In this document: positions 36,340 to 37,519 of the stretch, piece after piece
Layout: each line of letters starts with the position of its first letter
How positions within the stretch are numbered: position 1 is the stretch's first letter
Origin: Desulfurococcales archaeon
GTDB taxonomy: Archaea; Thermoproteota; Thermoprotei_A; Sulfolobales; NBVN01
Assembly: GCA_027083115.1 (NCBI GenBank)
Contig: JALWQN010000144.1
Span: 1-37,519, forward strand
Length of the DNA stretch: 37,519 bases
Reading direction: 5' to 3'
Position numbers and translations under genes: made by a program
Notes under the pieces: model-generated
Databases searched by the model: none
What the model was told of the DNA's origin: nothing
The model's input: the letters and a program-made list of their open reading frames with translations, nothing else

Positions 36340-37264
36340 ACACATAAGTTCTACCAGAAAATCCCTTGGCGTCCTTTAGGTGGGCCAAGGCTTTATCCCC
36401 ATTAAGCGTTTTGCCGTTCGGTAGGTCAACACGAACACCAATAACTTTTCCTTCCTTAATTAGTAACTTAATGTCGGTTTCATCCGTCTTGAACCTAATA
36501 TATAGTGGTTTCTTCTCCCCCACTTCCTTCAGTACTGACTTAGCGAAGTCAATAACTTTTTTCCAGTCGCCACTGAATTTCTCAACCTTAATTAGTTCGG
36601 CCTTTAACACAATCATGCCTACAGTTATTTCGTCGGAGAGGGCATCGGGGTTCTTAGCTATGAGTTCCTTCTGTTTAGGAGCCGGCTTCTGCACGGGTTT
36701 AGGACGGGGGGAGGGTTTAGGTTGTTTGAGTTTTACCTTAGCCTGTTGTTTAGCGGGGGAGGGAGGGACCTTAGGTGCAGTAGCCTTAGGTGCAGAAGTA
36801 GTAGCGGCTGCCTCGGCTTTCAGCCCCTTCTTTCTTCTCCTAATAACCTCAGCTATTGCAGGCAACTGAAACATTATCTTGTTTTTTAGGTCGTCAAGAA
36901 ACTCAGTAATTCCTGGAGAAAGTATTCTCTCCCTGAAGAACCCCGCTTTAACGTAAATCCTTCCAGTAACTATGCTCCCTATACCTCTAGGCTCTATATT
37001 TAGCCTCATATGGAAGTATATGGAGCCCTTACCATCTACGAACACTGTTCTGCTGGCTCGTCTGGTTTGAGAAGTTAGCTTCATGCGTAACTTATATATC
37101 GATCCTGAAATCCTTAAAGTAACTTCAGCCTCATTCGGGGACTCGAGCCTCATCGACTCATAAATAGACCATAAGGGTATATGGGTCTGTATATCTGAGA
37201 AAACCTCGAATACTTCCTCTGGCGGTACAGGTGTCAATGCCTCAAAACTCCTTTCTATCGGCAT
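36305..37264 (-). CDS. SRPBCC-like domain protein with a Pro/Ala/Lys-rich linker and an unknown C-terminal domain
   Basis: The protein is 319 aa. The N-terminal roughly 140 aa look like the Bet v1/CoxG/polyketide-cyclase fold. The linker spans residues 143-200 (APKATAPKVPPSPAKQQAKVKLKQPKPSPRPKPVQKPAPKQ, 36665-36838). The C-terminal roughly 115 aa form a beta-rich domain ending NGDKALAHLKDAKGFSGRTYVFSV. Confidence 0.5.
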   Translation of the reverse strand: MPIERSFEALTPVPPEEVFEVFSDIQTHIPLWSIYESMRLESPNEAEVTLRISGSIYKLRMKLTSQTRRASRTVFVDGKGSIYFHMRLNIEPRGIGSIVTGRIYVKAGFFRERILSPGITEFLDDLKNKIMFQLPAIAEVIRRRKKGLKAEAAATTSAPKATAPKVPPSPAKQQAKVKLKQPKPSPRPKPVQKPAPKQKELIAKNPDALSDEITVGMIVLKAELIKVEKFSGDWKKVIDFAKSVLKEVGEKKPLYIRFKTDETDIKLLIKEGKVIGVRVDLPNGKTLNGDKALAHLKDAKGFSGRTYVFSVPEEALAGT

Positions 37265-37383
37265 CGATATCCCTGCCTAATATATTTTATGCACATAATT
37301 TAAAAAGCATAGATTAACAGAATTTTCTTCAGGAAGTGCACTCTGCCAACATTTTTACATTTGTTTTCACTGAAGGCGAAAAA

Positions 37384-37519
37384 TCAATAGAGCCAGCAGG
37401 CTACGTAGTGGTTGTGGGTTATTTCCTTGGTTTTTGGTTCTTTCTCTCTGCAGATGTCCTTGACGTAAGGGCATCTTGGGTGGAACCTACATCCACTAGG
37501 AGGATTGATGGCGCTAGGT
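37384..37519 (-). CDS. Oligopeptide/dipeptide-type ABC transporter ATP-binding protein, C-terminal fragment (5' part outside the window)
   Basis: It is absent from the track because it is cut by the edge. The minus-strand translation is PSAINPPSGCRFHPRCPYVKDICREKEPKTKEITHNHYVACWLY*, with the stop TGA at 37386-37384. This is the classic OppD/F C-terminal (oligo_HPY) motif. Confidence 0.75.
   Translation of the reverse strand, partial: PSAINPPSGCRFHPRCPYVKDICREKEPKTKEITHNHYVACWLY

Noticed and set aside
1-37519. Search for CRISPR arrays, IS elements, integrases, prophage or defence-island signatures, and rRNA genes
   Set aside because: I saw no direct-repeat/spacer array, no transposase, integrase or recombinase-like ORF, no terminal inverted repeats flanking a gene block, and no rRNA-like sequence. 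The only mobile element I can support is the atpA intein.

Overview
This is a dense archaeal chromosomal window with about 41 protein genes, 2 tRNAs and 1 C/D box sRNA. I saw no CRISPR array, transposase or integrase. By eye it has low-40s % GC, AGG/AGA-Arg codon bias and very GC-rich tRNAs, which is a thermophile signature. An Elf1 homologue together with PriL and PCNA suggests a TACK/crenarchaeal host; this is inference only.

Gene content, left to right:
- a truncated tungsten aldehyde:ferredoxin oxidoreductase
- a Leloir-type cluster (galE-like, galK, galT)
- a Thr-rich membrane-anchored glycoprotein
- a DMT transporter
- AlaX
- Fe-ADH
- tRNA-Gly(CCC)
- a GH130-like/glycosyltransferase pair
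- GGGP synthase
- Elf1
- a PIN-PilT-KH ATPase
- an MFS transporter
- a ChrB-like domain protein
- tRNA-His
- a complete A1AO ATP synthase operon in the order H-I-K-E-C-F-A-B-D, plus a tenth translationally coupled gene
- PCNA
- Lrp
- an operon of two unknown genes followed by PriL
- the glycine cleavage system (gcvH, gcvT, gcvPA, gcvPB)
- an NAD-kinase-like protein
- a truncated TFB paralogue
- an SRPBCC fusion protein
- the 3' end of an oligopeptide-type ABC ATPase

Most notable observations:
- a 168-aa mini-intein splits the Walker A loop of atpA
- a duplicated 16-kDa proteolipid carries the full NtpK-type Na+ ligand set
- a textbook C/D box sRNA lies upstream of the atp operon and is not in the ORF track
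- an apparent -1 frameshift cuts off the conserved C-terminus of AlaX
- tRNA-Gly has C33 instead of U33
- a Zn-ribbon plus single-cyclin-repeat TFB paralogue is present
- two uncharacterised small genes are packed directly upstream of priL

I do not see a clear-cut novel multi-gene system such as a defence island. The region looks like core genome with several individually unusual features.
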